Shown here one piece after another: positions 34,819 to 45,684 of a stretch of DNA of 64,000 nucleotides (position 1 is the first letter of the stretch; each line of letters begins with the position of its first letter). Source of the stretch: Candidatus Babelota bacterium. GTDB taxonomy: Bacteria; Babelota; Babeliae; Babelales; Vermiphilaceae. Made by a program: the position numbers and the translations under genes. The notes under the pieces are model-generated. The model was given only the letters and a program-made list of their open reading frames with translations, was not told where the DNA came from and searched no databases. The DNA is taken from contig JBMOLF010000001.1 of the NCBI GenBank assembly GCA_049325595.1, forward strand, positions 32,001 through 96,000, in the 5' to 3' direction.

Positions 34819-35736
34819 TTAATTAATTTTATTTACACTTAAGGTGGCGATATTTGGAATATTTTCAAAGCTAATATTAGATTGCCCAATAAAACCAAGA
34901 CGAATCGCATTGCCTGCATTTAACGCAGTAATAAAGGTGTGAGTTGCTGACTCAATGTAGTTACTCGTATTTAAAAAAGCTCGATATTGAACGCTTGGAA
35001 ACAAAATGGCAAAGACACCATTTAACAATACAAATGTTTGAATGGATGCTGGTGGCGCACTGGTAGCAGTTCGGAAACTTATTACATAAGAAATTTCATA
35101 AATACCTGTTTCAGGGCAGATATATGCCGTATTTCCTATATTGGTCCACCCTTGAGCAAAATCAGTAGAATCAAAGGTAATAACTTGTGGGTCAGAGCTA
35201 TCAATTGGTGTAAAAGGAGTTGATAAACTTGCACGAAAATAACTAGTAGCTGCAGCTTTGGGTCCGGTATTGCCAGTAAATCCAGTCGCACCGGTATTAC
35301 CAGGAAGACCTTGGGGGCCCGTATTACCTTGAGGGCCTTGTGGACCAGTATTACCCGTTAAATTGCTCGTTATTAAACCGGTTCCATTAATAGTTTGAAC
35401 ACCGGTGAGAGAAGTAGCAATCAATGTATTGGCAATCAATGATGAAAACTGTACTGTTTGGGCATTAACGGTTGATGCATTGAGTATACATGTTGTTAGT
35501 TCGTTAGCATATAATTCATTACTACAACTATTTTCTCTAACTGATAGTGTATCTTCTACGCCCATCAAGTTAGCTATCACCGATGACTTAATTTTTTTCT
35601 TATCACTTTTGAAAATATTATTTTTAGACAAATCAGTAATTATCTCATTAACATCATTATAACAAACATTTGGAATCTTTATTTCTTGTGCACATAGCGA
35701 AGTAAATAATATAAATACAAGTAAAATGAAAGCCAT
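34819..35736 (-). CDS. Secreted short collagen-like protein with BclA/C1q-like head
   Basis: TING stalk end; about 11 GXY triplets; YICPETGIYEISY. Confidence 0.8.
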   Translation of the reverse strand: MAFILLVFILFTSLCAQEIKIPNVCYNDVNEIITDLSKNNIFKSDKKKIKSSVIANLMGVEDTLSVRENSCSNELYANELTTCILNASTVNAQTVQFSSLIANTLIATSLTGVQTINGTGLITSNLTGNTGPQGPQGNTGPQGLPGNTGATGFTGNTGPKAAATSYFRASLSTPFTPIDSSDPQVITFDSTDFAQGWTNIGNTAYICPETGIYEISYVISFRTATSAPPASIQTFVLLNGVFAILFPSVQYRAFLNTSNYIESATHTFITALNAGNAIRLGFIGQSNISFENIPNIATLSVNKIN

Positions 35737-35750
35737 ATTTTTCCTTTTTA

Positions 35751-36626
35751 TTAACCAACACGATTGATAGCTAATGTTGCACTGGTGCTAAATATACCGA
35801 GATTGAGTTGTATTGGGGGCTCGGCAATGAATGCAAGCCGTAATTGATCGCCTGCAGATAGTGATATTAAAAAAGTTTGAAATAATGATACAAGTTCACC
35901 GTTATTTCCTGTGTAATAACCTCCTGCATAACTAGCAGGAATAGCATTAGCAGTAGCTGTACCATTTAAAAGAATTACTCCTTGAATTGGGGCTGGAGAA
36001 TTATCTGTAGTGTTAAAGGTAAGTGAATATGAAATTTGATATATTGCCGTTTGTTGACAGGTAAAAATAGTATTGGTGCCATCAACAGTCCATCCAGAAA
36101 TAAAAAAAGGTATTACTGATGTAACCACTTGTGGATCAATACTAAATGCTTGTGCTTGTTGAATATCATCTTTTGTGGCCATTAAATAATTTTGTGGTGA
36201 TGTTGGTAATCCGGTGGGACCGGTTAATCCCCTTGGGCCTGTATTACCGGTTAACCCATTAGCGCCCGGTGCTCCTTCTGCTCCTTGAGCACCTGCAGCA
36301 CCCGTAGGGCCTGTTCCTCCAAGGCTTTCTATTGATTGACCATTAATTGTTTCAATACCAGTAATATTGGTAATAATTGCTTGTACCGCAGTAACGGTAT
36401 CAGTTGTTAATGTTGATACTCTCAAAACAGGATCTTGTAAATTTTGAGTTTGAATTGAATCAGCGCATACCACTTGCGTACAGACTTTTTTAGCGCATAA
36501 ATTATTTTTTACCATAGCGTTTTGAACGCATAGTCTATCGTAATTTTTCGATTTATTATTAGATCGTACGTGATCATACCCTCTTATGCACGTAGTAGCT
36601 ATTAAAAAAAACACACACAATCTCAT
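35751..36626 (-). CDS. Secreted short collagen-like protein with BclA/C1q-like head
   Basis: ATG 36626 behind AAGGAG; RLCVQN..NNLCAKKVC; about 13 GXY triplets; FTCQQTAIYQISY. Confidence 0.8.
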   Translation of the reverse strand: MRLCVFFLIATTCIRGYDHVRSNNKSKNYDRLCVQNAMVKNNLCAKKVCTQVVCADSIQTQNLQDPVLRVSTLTTDTVTAVQAIITNITGIETINGQSIESLGGTGPTGAAGAQGAEGAPGANGLTGNTGPRGLTGPTGLPTSPQNYLMATKDDIQQAQAFSIDPQVVTSVIPFFISGWTVDGTNTIFTCQQTAIYQISYSLTFNTTDNSPAPIQGVILLNGTATANAIPASYAGGYYTGNNGELVSLFQTFLISLSAGDQLRLAFIAEPPIQLNLGIFSTSATLAINRVG

Positions 36627-36738
36627 ACTTACTCCTTTTTTTGTAAAATAATAAATAATAAAAAAAGGGTAGAACAAGATTTACCATAAAAAAAATTGCG
36701 CTTGTAATTAGGTAAAAGCGCTTTCTATTGCTGTATTT

Positions 36739-37320
36739 TTATTTAGAAACCCATTTATTGTTAATCAGATGAAAACGCCATAATTTATCTTGCGCTTGAG
36801 AAATACCAATACGTTGAGTGGTAACAATTAAAGATGAATTATTTTTTTCCCCTTGCATGAGATATAGATTATTTTTTTTATCAAGAAGCTTACCCTTATG
36901 TTCTAAAGTAATTCCCATTGCTTGAGTAAGTTTACCCGGACCATTGGTGATAGTGATAGGACAAGAAATGCCTCGATTAGATTTCATTATTTCTATGCCT
37001 TCAACTGGTTCTAAAGCTCGTATTAATACTCCACCAGCAGGCATGTCATTCGTTCGAGCAACGGTGTTAAAACAATAATGAATACCATAGCTTATGTATA
37101 CATATGCATGTCCAACTGGACCAAACATAGGGGCATTGCGATCCGTTTTACCTTTATAAGCATGGCTAGCTGGATCTTGTAAGCCTAAATAAGCTTCTGT
37201 TTCAACAATTTTGCCAACAAGCTTGGTGCCATTTATTTCGTGTACTAAATAACAGCCAAGAAGTTCTTTGGCAACAGTGATTGTATCTCGAGCAAAAAAT
37301 GAGTGACCCAAAATAGACAT
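36739..37320 (-). CDS. mpg: DNA-3-methyladenine glycosylase (MPG/AAG type)
   Basis: IVETEAY, DPASHA, YVYISYGIH, VLIRALEP, NGPGKL and RIGIS. Confidence 0.93.
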   Translation of the reverse strand: MSILGHSFFARDTITVAKELLGCYLVHEINGTKLVGKIVETEAYLGLQDPASHAYKGKTDRNAPMFGPVGHAYVYISYGIHYCFNTVARTNDMPAGGVLIRALEPVEGIEIMKSNRGISCPITITNGPGKLTQAMGITLEHKGKLLDKKNNLYLMQGEKNNSSLIVTTQRIGISQAQDKLWRFHLINNKWVSK

Positions 37321-37487
37321 GTTTTCAACCTGCATTTTATTCTTATAAGAATAGTTTAGCATTTTTTCGAAAATTATTAAGTCTCTTACAGAGCACTAAA
37401 AAATCGTCTGTTGTTGCCTTACCTAAAAAAAATCCCTAGGCTCAAAAAGATAGCCTTATTGAAGCAAAGGCCTAGAGGGAGTAGTAC

Positions 37488-38543
37488 ATGAAAGACAGAT
37501 CGCTAAAAACCATCATTATTATCTTTTTACTTGTTCTACTCCTTCACTTATTATTATTTTTAGCTCTTTTTTTTATGCAAATGCAGCATGAATTTTCAAT
37601 GCCCCCTGTTCGCATGGAAGATTTAATGCAAAAACCAGCACAAGCGCAATCTCAATCATCACCCGAATCTAAACAAGAACAAGAAAAACCTGAAGAAGAA
37701 AAAAAACAAGAATGGGCTTCATTACGTCCCCAAGCTTCGTCATTTGGCGCGCCGGTAATATTGTATGATGAGCCAGATGATGGTGATTTACCACAAATAG
37801 AAAGCGCACAAGAAGCAATTGAACCAGATTACCAAGGTCCAGCAACTAACGAACAACCGGCCGAGCAAGAATTAGCACAAGAAGAGGATCTTACTCCAGA
37901 AGAAAAAAAATCCGAACCTGAACAAACCCCATTAATTGAGCCATTAAGCAAATCAATCGAACAACTAATAGAAAAAATATCACCCGAGACCCTAAATGCC
38001 GTACAAGAGCAAACACCATCGGTCAAACCTGCTCGTCAAACAAATCGGACAAAAAGAACACGCCGCAGAAAACGAGCACAAAAAAGACAAGCCGGCAAAA
38101 ATATTACCCTAGCCGATATTACTCAAGGATTTTTAGAACAATGGAAAAATAAAGGCCCTAACTTAGTGCGCATGTATGGAAATGATAATGCTGCGCCAAC
38201 TGATGAGCAAATACGTTACGAGCGTTACGCGGCGCGAATTTTATGGTGCTTACAAAATGCATGGAAAATAAAACTTTCAGAGTTACCCCGTCATGCCGCA
38301 GTCGAAAGTGAATTACAAATTTGTATGGTAATTAACAAACAAGGAAAATTAGAAAACGTAACCGTAGTTCGCTCATGTGGACATTCAGAAATCGATCGCT
38401 TTATTGTGGGAACTATTCAGTATGCGGGTAGTTCATTTCCCCCATTGCCAGGTTTTATCAAAGAAGAACCTTTTTATATGCCATGGATAATCAAACTTCA
38501 TTTAGAAAAACAGGGCGGACCAGCACGATTTAGCATGTACTAA
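37488..38543 (+). CDS. TonB/TolA-like membrane-anchored protein with TonB_C domain
   Basis: N-terminal TM containing His; Pro/Glu/Gln-rich linker; INKQG...RSCG..EID...FPPLP. Confidence 0.75.
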   Translation: MKDRSLKTIIIIFLLVLLLHLLLFLALFFMQMQHEFSMPPVRMEDLMQKPAQAQSQSSPESKQEQEKPEEEKKQEWASLRPQASSFGAPVILYDEPDDGDLPQIESAQEAIEPDYQGPATNEQPAEQELAQEEDLTPEEKKSEPEQTPLIEPLSKSIEQLIEKISPETLNAVQEQTPSVKPARQTNRTKRTRRRKRAQKRQAGKNITLADITQGFLEQWKNKGPNLVRMYGNDNAAPTDEQIRYERYAARILWCLQNAWKIKLSELPRHAAVESELQICMVINKQGKLENVTVVRSCGHSEIDRFIVGTIQYAGSSFPPLPGFIKEEPFYMPWIIKLHLEKQGGPARFSMY

Positions 38544-38615
38544 AACTCTTGTTAGACATCATAAAATAGCGCTACAGTAATAGCTATACTCGATTTTTGT
38601 TTGGAGGGATAAGCT

Positions 38616-40319
38616 ATGAAAACAAAATTTTTTATCTTAATACTTATTAGCATCACTCCTATTTATACTATGGAAAAAGAAAGGATTGATTTTAACGCTA
38701 ATGATCATTTACCAAAAAAAAGACGTAATACCTCATATCAACGACAAAACACTCATCCTAACCTTTCTTTACAACAAGAAGCTGAGCTTGAAACTAATCG
38801 GATTAAATTAGCTGATGCCATTGAATATAGTAATTTAGCGGCAATAAAAAAAATAATTAACAATAATCCTACTATTATTACTTCTTCATTTAATAGTGAA
38901 GATAATGACTCGCTGTTGCATATTGCGGCACAAAAAAAATGCTCTACAGAAACTTTACAGCTTTTATTAAAATTAGTTGACCAAACAGAAAACAAAAATG
39001 AAATTTTACAATCTACTAATTCAGCTGGGCGAACCCCTTTAATTGAAGCTATTATGCATAATAATTTAATAGCTTGTCGGCATTTTGTAGAACACAACGC
39101 TTCATATTTAGAAGCTTGCACACAAGATGATAAAACTTGTTTACATCTAGCAGTTTTAAAAGAAAACGAATTACTTGTAGCCGAAATATTAAAATGGGCA
39201 GAAAAGAAAAGCACATTAACTCTTAAAAAAATTTTATCCAGTATTGATTATGCGGGAAGAACCCCACTTTCACTTGCAGCATCTCAAGATAATGTAGACA
39301 TATTATTAAAAGTGGCAGATGAAAATACAATCAATTTAGAAGACAAAAAAGGATGCACACCTCTTTATTGGGCTACCTATCGTCAAAAACCAATTAATGT
39401 AAAAAAAATTGTTGAACGGGGAGCTAAAAACTCACCTAATAACGATGGAGATTACCCCTTACATGTAGCATGTACCATTAACACCAGCAAAGCTTACCAA
39501 TGCCTTAAAATACTCAGAAAATTTTCGGGCACTACGGAATTACGTAATAGCCAAAAACAAACTGCATTAATGGTTGCCGCCAAAAATTTAAATAAAAAAG
39601 CATTTAAATATCTCAAAAGAAAACGAGCCAATTTATTTGCCCAAGCACAACATGGCGAAACTATTCTTCATCTTTTAGCGGCTACCCCCCATGCACAAGA
39701 TTTTATCGCATACTATTTAAAAAAGAAAAAAGTGGCAGCTAACAATATGCTTGAAACGCCCGACGCCCAAGGAAGAACTCCCTTGTTTTATGCATTAGAA
39801 AATTTTGATAACTTTAAGTTTTTAGTAGAAAATTATGGTGCAAATATTACCGCTATCGATTTTAAGCTTAATTCCTTGCTTCATGTTGCATGTTCCAAGA
39901 AAAATTACAGCCAAGAAGTTATTGCTTACATTTTAAAACATGCTGCTGCCTTAATTGATTGGACTAATAATAATAGTGAAACTGCTTTAATAATCTCAAC
40001 TCAGTTAGGTCATACTACATGTATGGAATTACTATTAAAGCATGGTGCTAATATTAAAAAAACTGATTCAACAGGATGGACACCCTATCAATGGGCTGCC
40101 ACCAATGAAGGACCTGAATCGCTACAGATACTGAATAATACCAATCAAATGAGCTCAGAGGAAGCAAAATCAGCTTTAGAAGTAGCAAAAAAATCAAATA
40201 ACCAAGCAGCTATATTTTATTTAAAATCTTTTGAAAAAAGTAGTACATCAGAACAAAAAAGCGAACAAACATCTGCATCCTCTGATGAGCCACAAACCTC
40301 TTCTTCATTGACATATTAA
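38616..40319 (+). CDS. Secreted ankyrin repeat protein
   Basis: More than 10 GxTPLxxA-type repeats; signal peptide. Confidence 0.92.
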   Translation: MKTKFFILILISITPIYTMEKERIDFNANDHLPKKRRNTSYQRQNTHPNLSLQQEAELETNRIKLADAIEYSNLAAIKKIINNNPTIITSSFNSEDNDSLLHIAAQKKCSTETLQLLLKLVDQTENKNEILQSTNSAGRTPLIEAIMHNNLIACRHFVEHNASYLEACTQDDKTCLHLAVLKENELLVAEILKWAEKKSTLTLKKILSSIDYAGRTPLSLAASQDNVDILLKVADENTINLEDKKGCTPLYWATYRQKPINVKKIVERGAKNSPNNDGDYPLHVACTINTSKAYQCLKILRKFSGTTELRNSQKQTALMVAAKNLNKKAFKYLKRKRANLFAQAQHGETILHLLAATPHAQDFIAYYLKKKKVAANNMLETPDAQGRTPLFYALENFDNFKFLVENYGANITAIDFKLNSLLHVACSKKNYSQEVIAYILKHAAALIDWTNNNSETALIISTQLGHTTCMELLLKHGANIKKTDSTGWTPYQWAATNEGPESLQILNNTNQMSSEEAKSALEVAKKSNNQAAIFYLKSFEKSSTSEQKSEQTSASSDEPQTSSSLTY

Positions 40320-40397
40320 TAAAGAAGACCTAAAAACGAAAAAAGATTTTATTCAGCTCTTTCTCCATGTTAATCTGTAAGTGAGACAAAAAAGGAG

Positions 40398-40970
40398 ATG
40401 CGTATGATTTTACGCAGAACACGCCTCGTTATTCTCATATGTATTACTGTTCATGGACTCCATGCACAATTATGCACATTGCATACTCATGCTGAATGGG
40501 AAAATTTGGAAAAACGTATTGCTACTAGTGAACGCTTTGGAAGCAAACTTATTCTTATTGGCACTTTAATGTTTAAAAAACGAGCAAATGAACCCATTAT
40601 TCTTAATCATTTACAAATGCAATGGCATGGCACTTATATTGATCAATTAAGCGCATCCTTATATCACAAAAAAAACAATCTTCGGTTCATTCCCCTTGAA
40701 GACAATCTCATATGTGATGGAATCTGGAACAAACACAAGCAACGCATTACCTTTAAATTTAATAAACCCTATTCTTTATCAGCGCATACCCAATTTTATA
40801 TTGTGTTATCAATTCCCTCCGAACTTGAAAACACTATGAAACTGGGCTCTTTCACTATAGAAAAAAATAGCATGCCTGATTTGATACAGTGTTCTATTCC
40901 CGATAAAGCTTGCATATTACAGATGGCACAAGGTTCCACAGCTCCAAATTTAGCTAGTATAGGCAAATAA
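40398..40970 (+). CDS. Hypothetical secreted protein
   Basis: AAGGAG SD; signal peptide; 190 aa. Confidence 0.65.
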   Translation: MRMILRRTRLVILICITVHGLHAQLCTLHTHAEWENLEKRIATSERFGSKLILIGTLMFKKRANEPIILNHLQMQWHGTYIDQLSASLYHKKNNLRFIPLEDNLICDGIWNKHKQRITFKFNKPYSLSAHTQFYIVLSIPSELENTMKLGSFTIEKNSMPDLIQCSIPDKACILQMAQGSTAPNLASIGK

Positions 40971-41075
40971 TAAAAAAAGGCTTAGAGGCTGATCATTTTC
41001 AAAATAGAATTTTTTGTTATACTAAAAAACGAGTATAAATAGATTTCCCCTACATTTTTATCTTACGAGAAAGCT

Positions 41076-42206
41076 ATGGAAAAAAAAGATTACTATAGCA
41101 TACTAGGCGTTGCTAAAACGGCAACTAATGAAGAAATTAAAGCCGCATATCGCAAACTAGCGCTTAAGTATCACCCTGACCGCAATCCTAATAATAAAGA
41201 AGCTGAAGAAAAATTTAAAGAAGCAGCTGAGGCATACGAAGTATTATCTGATGAGAAAAAACGACGCCAATATGACCAATTTGGACATGCTGGATTAGGC
41301 GGTGGCATGGGTGGTGGCCCAGGCCATGGCATGAATATGGATGATATTTTTGAAAGCTTTGGCGATATCTTTGGTGATATTTTTGGTGGTGGTCGTCGTA
41401 GCGCCCGTAAAAAAACAGGGCCCGAGCCACGCCGCGGACACGATTTATCAAAAGATGTAGAAATTAGCCTTAAAGAATCTTATTTAGGTACCAAACACGA
41501 AATTGGTTACTATCATTATGAGCAATGTGATACGTGTAAAGGCAAAGGCGCTCAACCAGGAACTAAACCACATATGTGTGAAACCTGTAAAGGAACTGGC
41601 CAGGTTAACTTTACGCAAGGTTTTTTCATGTATTCACAAAGCTGCAGCGAATGTGGTGGCCAAGGATTTAAAATTCCATCTCCCTGTTTGACCTGCAACG
41701 GTCAATCCCGTGTTCAAATTTATGATAAATTTAACATCAATATCCCTGCTGGGATTTATGATGGAGCTGAGTTGCGTATTGCTGGCAAAGGTGATGCGGG
41801 TGTATATGGTGGACCCTCAGGTGATTTATTTGTTCGCGTACACGTAATGCCAGATAAAAAATTTGAACGCGTTGAAGATGATTTGGTATGCACTGTCTTG
41901 TTAACCTATCCACAATTGGTATTTGGCAGCCAGGTTGAAATAGAAAATATTGATGGTACCAAGGAAACCATAAAAATTCCTAAGGGCTGCCCAGTTGGTG
42001 AAAAACTTATTATTGCTGGCAAAGGTTTTAGTAAAATTCGCGGCAATGTAAAGGGTAATTTAGTAGTGGTTACACAATGTGACATCCCTAAAAAATTATC
42101 TTCCTCAGCCAAAGAATTGTTAACGAAATACTCTGAAGAAATTGGTACCACTATTGAAAATAAAGATGGATTTATCTCCGGATTATTCAAAAAATTTTTG
42201 GGGTAA
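41076..42206 (+). CDS. dnaJ: Chaperone DnaJ
   Basis: HPD J-domain, G/F region and four CxxCxGxG repeats. Confidence 0.98.
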   Translation: MEKKDYYSILGVAKTATNEEIKAAYRKLALKYHPDRNPNNKEAEEKFKEAAEAYEVLSDEKKRRQYDQFGHAGLGGGMGGGPGHGMNMDDIFESFGDIFGDIFGGGRRSARKKTGPEPRRGHDLSKDVEISLKESYLGTKHEIGYYHYEQCDTCKGKGAQPGTKPHMCETCKGTGQVNFTQGFFMYSQSCSECGGQGFKIPSPCLTCNGQSRVQIYDKFNINIPAGIYDGAELRIAGKGDAGVYGGPSGDLFVRVHVMPDKKFERVEDDLVCTVLLTYPQLVFGSQVEIENIDGTKETIKIPKGCPVGEKLIIAGKGFSKIRGNVKGNLVVVTQCDIPKKLSSSAKELLTKYSEEIGTTIENKDGFISGLFKKFLG

Positions 42207-42209
42207 GGA

Positions 42210-43340
42210 TTAAATTCCCATCCGTCTTTTTTTCATACTTTTTTGAGAAATGGTGATCTGGTGTTTATGCTCGATCGCCATTTTTGTTATTAAATGGTAA
42301 AAAAAATCGCGATCAGGGCCTTTTATTACCGCCTGTTCATGAGCCTCAGCTAATGCTACAGGATAGCCTCTTCCTTTTATTGATTGATCAACAATAATAC
42401 GTGAAATCATCTCAAGTAAATCTGACCGTTGTGCAACCCATGCAGGAACTTCAATACGAACAATTTCCGTGTCTACATCTAAGTAAAAAAAATGCGGAGC
42501 ATTATGAGGTGGATATAAATGAGTAATAGCTGCATTGTTTTTAAATATAATTGAGCGGGTAAAGCTATCTAAATACAATCGTGCGATAGTTGCATCAACC
42601 ACCGTATCAAGCTGAGCAAGTTCAGGATCTGCGCTTTGTGCATTGCCATTTGTTATACCAAGCTTTAATAAATTTACCAATTCTTTGCTCTTAGGCAAAC
42701 TAATGTACCCTGCTAATGGGATACCCGCTTGATAAAACTTATCAAGAGCAACTAAGTATTTATGTAAAAAGAAATCTTTAAGCACCGCATCTTTAGATTC
42801 TAAATGCCAAAAAATAAGTGAGCCATCAAACAAAAATAATAAAGGATCATCTGGATATTGCTTCTTTAAAGCTAAAGAGCGATCCAATCCGATAGAAAAT
42901 TCAAGCTCCTGTCTTCTACAATTAACAAGCTCATTTGAATCTGCACTCACTAACTCATCTTCAACCCCGGTGTATAAAAAGGGTTGGGAATCAAGTTTAA
43001 TAGCTTTGCCCTCAGTGCCATAACCAAGTTCAACAGTGCCAATATTAATTAAAAAACAGGAAGTACCTTGGTGACGATCTGGATATACTTGCGAACCGTC
43101 AACACCTAGCACCCGATAGTGTTCCATTGGGTGAGGAACCACAATAGCATCACCTAAAGGTTCTTGCCAGTGAGGAATAAGCCAGGCACTTGATGCGTGC
43201 CTTGCCTTATACATAAACAAAGGATCATTACATAACTGATTCCACCAGGCTCGAATAAAGTCTATGTTAAAAGTAGGAGCAACAAAAATATGCTCTTTTT
43301 GAGCTTGTAATTCCTGAAGTATACGTGCACGGTTTAACAT
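42210..43340 (-). CDS. nurA: DNA double-strand break repair nuclease NurA family
   Basis: GVDGSQ, FDGSLIFW, RIEVP and GYPVALAEAHEQA. Confidence 0.85.
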   Translation of the reverse strand: MLNRARILQELQAQKEHIFVAPTFNIDFIRAWWNQLCNDPLFMYKARHASSAWLIPHWQEPLGDAIVVPHPMEHYRVLGVDGSQVYPDRHQGTSCFLINIGTVELGYGTEGKAIKLDSQPFLYTGVEDELVSADSNELVNCRRQELEFSIGLDRSLALKKQYPDDPLLFLFDGSLIFWHLESKDAVLKDFFLHKYLVALDKFYQAGIPLAGYISLPKSKELVNLLKLGITNGNAQSADPELAQLDTVVDATIARLYLDSFTRSIIFKNNAAITHLYPPHNAPHFFYLDVDTEIVRIEVPAWVAQRSDLLEMISRIIVDQSIKGRGYPVALAEAHEQAVIKGPDRDFFYHLITKMAIEHKHQITISQKSMKKRRMGI

Positions 43341-43342
43341 GG

Positions 43343-43717
43343 TTATTCTCGCGTTTTATAGGAAGTTGCTCCCTCTTGCAATGCAATAAGAGCAATTAAT
43401 GCACAGCGTAAGCGATTGGGGCCCAATGAAATACCAATTAAATTTAAAAGATCTTCAGTCGAAAAAGAGAAAATAGCTTCTATTGGCTTACCTATAAACT
43501 GCTCACATAGCAACGATGCAGTAGCTTGACTAATAACACATCCTGACCCTTGAAAAGCGAGATCAACCACAATCTCGTTTTCAATAATGCCTTCAAAAGA
43601 GACTCGATCTCCACATGAAGGATTATATTGCTCTGATACCAAATTGGGCTCTTTGAGCATTTTTCTATGCGGGGAGTGTTTATAATGATCAATAAGTGCT
43701 TGGTGATAGATATTCAC
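43343..43717 (-). CDS. sufU: SufU/IscU-type Fe-S scaffold or sulfur-transfer protein
   Basis: IDHYK..P, NPSCGD, GSGCVISQA and RLRCA. Confidence 0.88.
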   Translation of the reverse strand: MNIYHQALIDHYKHSPHRKMLKEPNLVSEQYNPSCGDRVSFEGIIENEIVVDLAFQGSGCVISQATASLLCEQFIGKPIEAIFSFSTEDLLNLIGISLGPNRLRCALIALIALQEGATSYKTRE

Positions 43718-43801
43718 TCAGATTATCCTCCTATACCTTATCTAGTATAGCGTAGCTTGCGTTATTGAAAAACCCCCAAGCACTTATTTTATCGTATCGT
43801 C

Positions 43802-44590
43802 TTAGTTTTCCTCAGGTACAGGGTGCCCAAGATACTCACTTAATCGTCTAATATGGGCCATAAGAAGCTCAAGCTGGGACATATTGGTCGTCACCGCATT
43901 CTTAAGACGCTTTAAGCTTTGAGCTGATTCTTGTTCAATTTGTTTCCAATAATCTTTGACTACATTATTGTTCCTACCATAGTTATCAAGTAAATGCGCT
44001 ACTTGATCATCAATACGAGCACGTTCTTGTTGGTATTGTGAAATAACCTGAGCTAGGGCTTCTTTTAAATCAACAACAGCTAAAGTATATTGCTTAAGCT
44101 CTTGTTCGGACAATGCACGTTGTTCTAATGCATGAGCTGCGCGAGCAAATTCTTGCACTAATTTTTCCATATTACCAAACGCGCTACTTACTTGAGATAA
44201 AATCTCTAATAAACTGGCAAGCTCATTTTGTAATTTTTCTCGATCATACTGATCTTCATATTTGGCATTGATCACTCGATTGCGTGCAAACGTAAATTGG
44301 CGATCTAATTCAGCCATTGTGGTTGCAAGATTTTGAGCATGTTCTTGTGAAGATTGATTAATAAGCTGTTTAATTTCAGTTGCCGTAGTACGTGGTGGTT
44401 GACCAGCAATTTCATGCCATAATCCAACGATACCATCTTTTAAGGATGGATTATCAATATTAAGAATTGCATGCAATTTTTCTAGGGTAGTTGGCACTCG
44501 CTCCTGATCAGTTTGCGCTAAAAATGAAACAGGATAACCAATCACTAATACATACAACAACAATCGTTTCCCCTGCTTCATATGCACCAC
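43802..44590 (-). CDS. Hypothetical secreted alpha-helical protein
   Basis: Signal peptide; coiled-coil-like composition; AAGGAG SD. Confidence 0.65.
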   Translation of the reverse strand: MVHMKQGKRLLLYVLVIGYPVSFLAQTDQERVPTTLEKLHAILNIDNPSLKDGIVGLWHEIAGQPPRTTATEIKQLINQSSQEHAQNLATTMAELDRQFTFARNRVINAKYEDQYDREKLQNELASLLEILSQVSSAFGNMEKLVQEFARAAHALEQRALSEQELKQYTLAVVDLKEALAQVISQYQQERARIDDQVAHLLDNYGRNNNVVKDYWKQIEQESAQSLKRLKNAVTTNMSQLELLMAHIRRLSEYLGHPVPEEN

Positions 44591-44758
44591 TCCTTCTTTA
44601 CCAGTATTTTTTATTTCTAACGTTAATTAGTGTGTGCTGGATAAAATGAACAAGTCAAGCTATTGTTAAATTTAAATTATTAAAAAATATTCAATTTTGA
44701 TTTCTTCAAAAATTTAACTTATATTTTCATTATCTATCAATCAAAAAAACAACCATTA

Positions 44759-45586
44759 ATGCAAAAAGTTCTTATGAAAAAAATATTTTTTATTATAGCT
44801 ATCTTGAATTGTTTATCACTAATCAATGCTGCAGAGCATAATCCTACTCAAATTGCAAGCCAAAACCCTCCTACACAAACGGCATTATATTACGCTAGTA
44901 AATATTGTAAAAATCTTCCTGTAGCAGAAAAAAAGATGTGGTTTCTTTTCAATACACTAACTCCCATACAAGACATTGCAAAAGAATTAAAGTCAATTTC
45001 CTATACAGAAAAAGAATTAAGTGAAATAGATAAAGAAAATCAGAGGGTACATGAACAAATTTTATCTATTATAAAAACAAATATGACACTGCAACAAAAT
45101 GAGCAAATAACCGCTATAATAAAATCACTTGAAAACAAAAGAGAACAAAAATTAGCTTGGATCGATAGCTTATATCAAAAAACATGTAAGGTTATTTATG
45201 AGCTATATAAGATACTAGCAGAAAATTGTGATGTTACCCATAATCCTGCATTGCAGCAAAAAAAAGAATCTCCAGCAAAATATGACCATTCAACATTTTG
45301 TCAAGTACTAACTAATAGTACCAAACAACCTTTAAAAGGACTTTTACACAAAAAAAATAATCCTTTCAAATTTAATGGCAAAAATTCAGCGCAATCAAAG
45401 CTAAAAAATGTTTATGATGGATATCATTTTGATTCACAAACTCATACGAAAGATCCAATTAATTGTAATGTAAATCCAAAAAATATTTTTTCTGCATCTT
45501 TAAGAAATAAAGAAATTAAAGATAATTACGATTTATTTTCACCATACAAAGAATTAATCAATGAATCGGTGTGGTATAGAAAATAA
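44759..45586 (+). CDS. Hypothetical secreted protein
   Basis: MKKIFFIIAILNCLSLINA signal peptide (likely start 44774). Confidence 0.65.
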   Translation: MQKVLMKKIFFIIAILNCLSLINAAEHNPTQIASQNPPTQTALYYASKYCKNLPVAEKKMWFLFNTLTPIQDIAKELKSISYTEKELSEIDKENQRVHEQILSIIKTNMTLQQNEQITAIIKSLENKREQKLAWIDSLYQKTCKVIYELYKILAENCDVTHNPALQQKKESPAKYDHSTFCQVLTNSTKQPLKGLLHKKNNPFKFNGKNSAQSKLKNVYDGYHFDSQTHTKDPINCNVNPKNIFSASLRNKEIKDNYDLFSPYKELINESVWYRK

Positions 45587-45684
45587 TTTTTTTATTATCA
45601 ATTTCAAAAACAATTTTTGATCTTTTGAACATGATTTGAGAAAATGTATACCATGCATTTAGAACATTCAATCAGGGAAAAATC

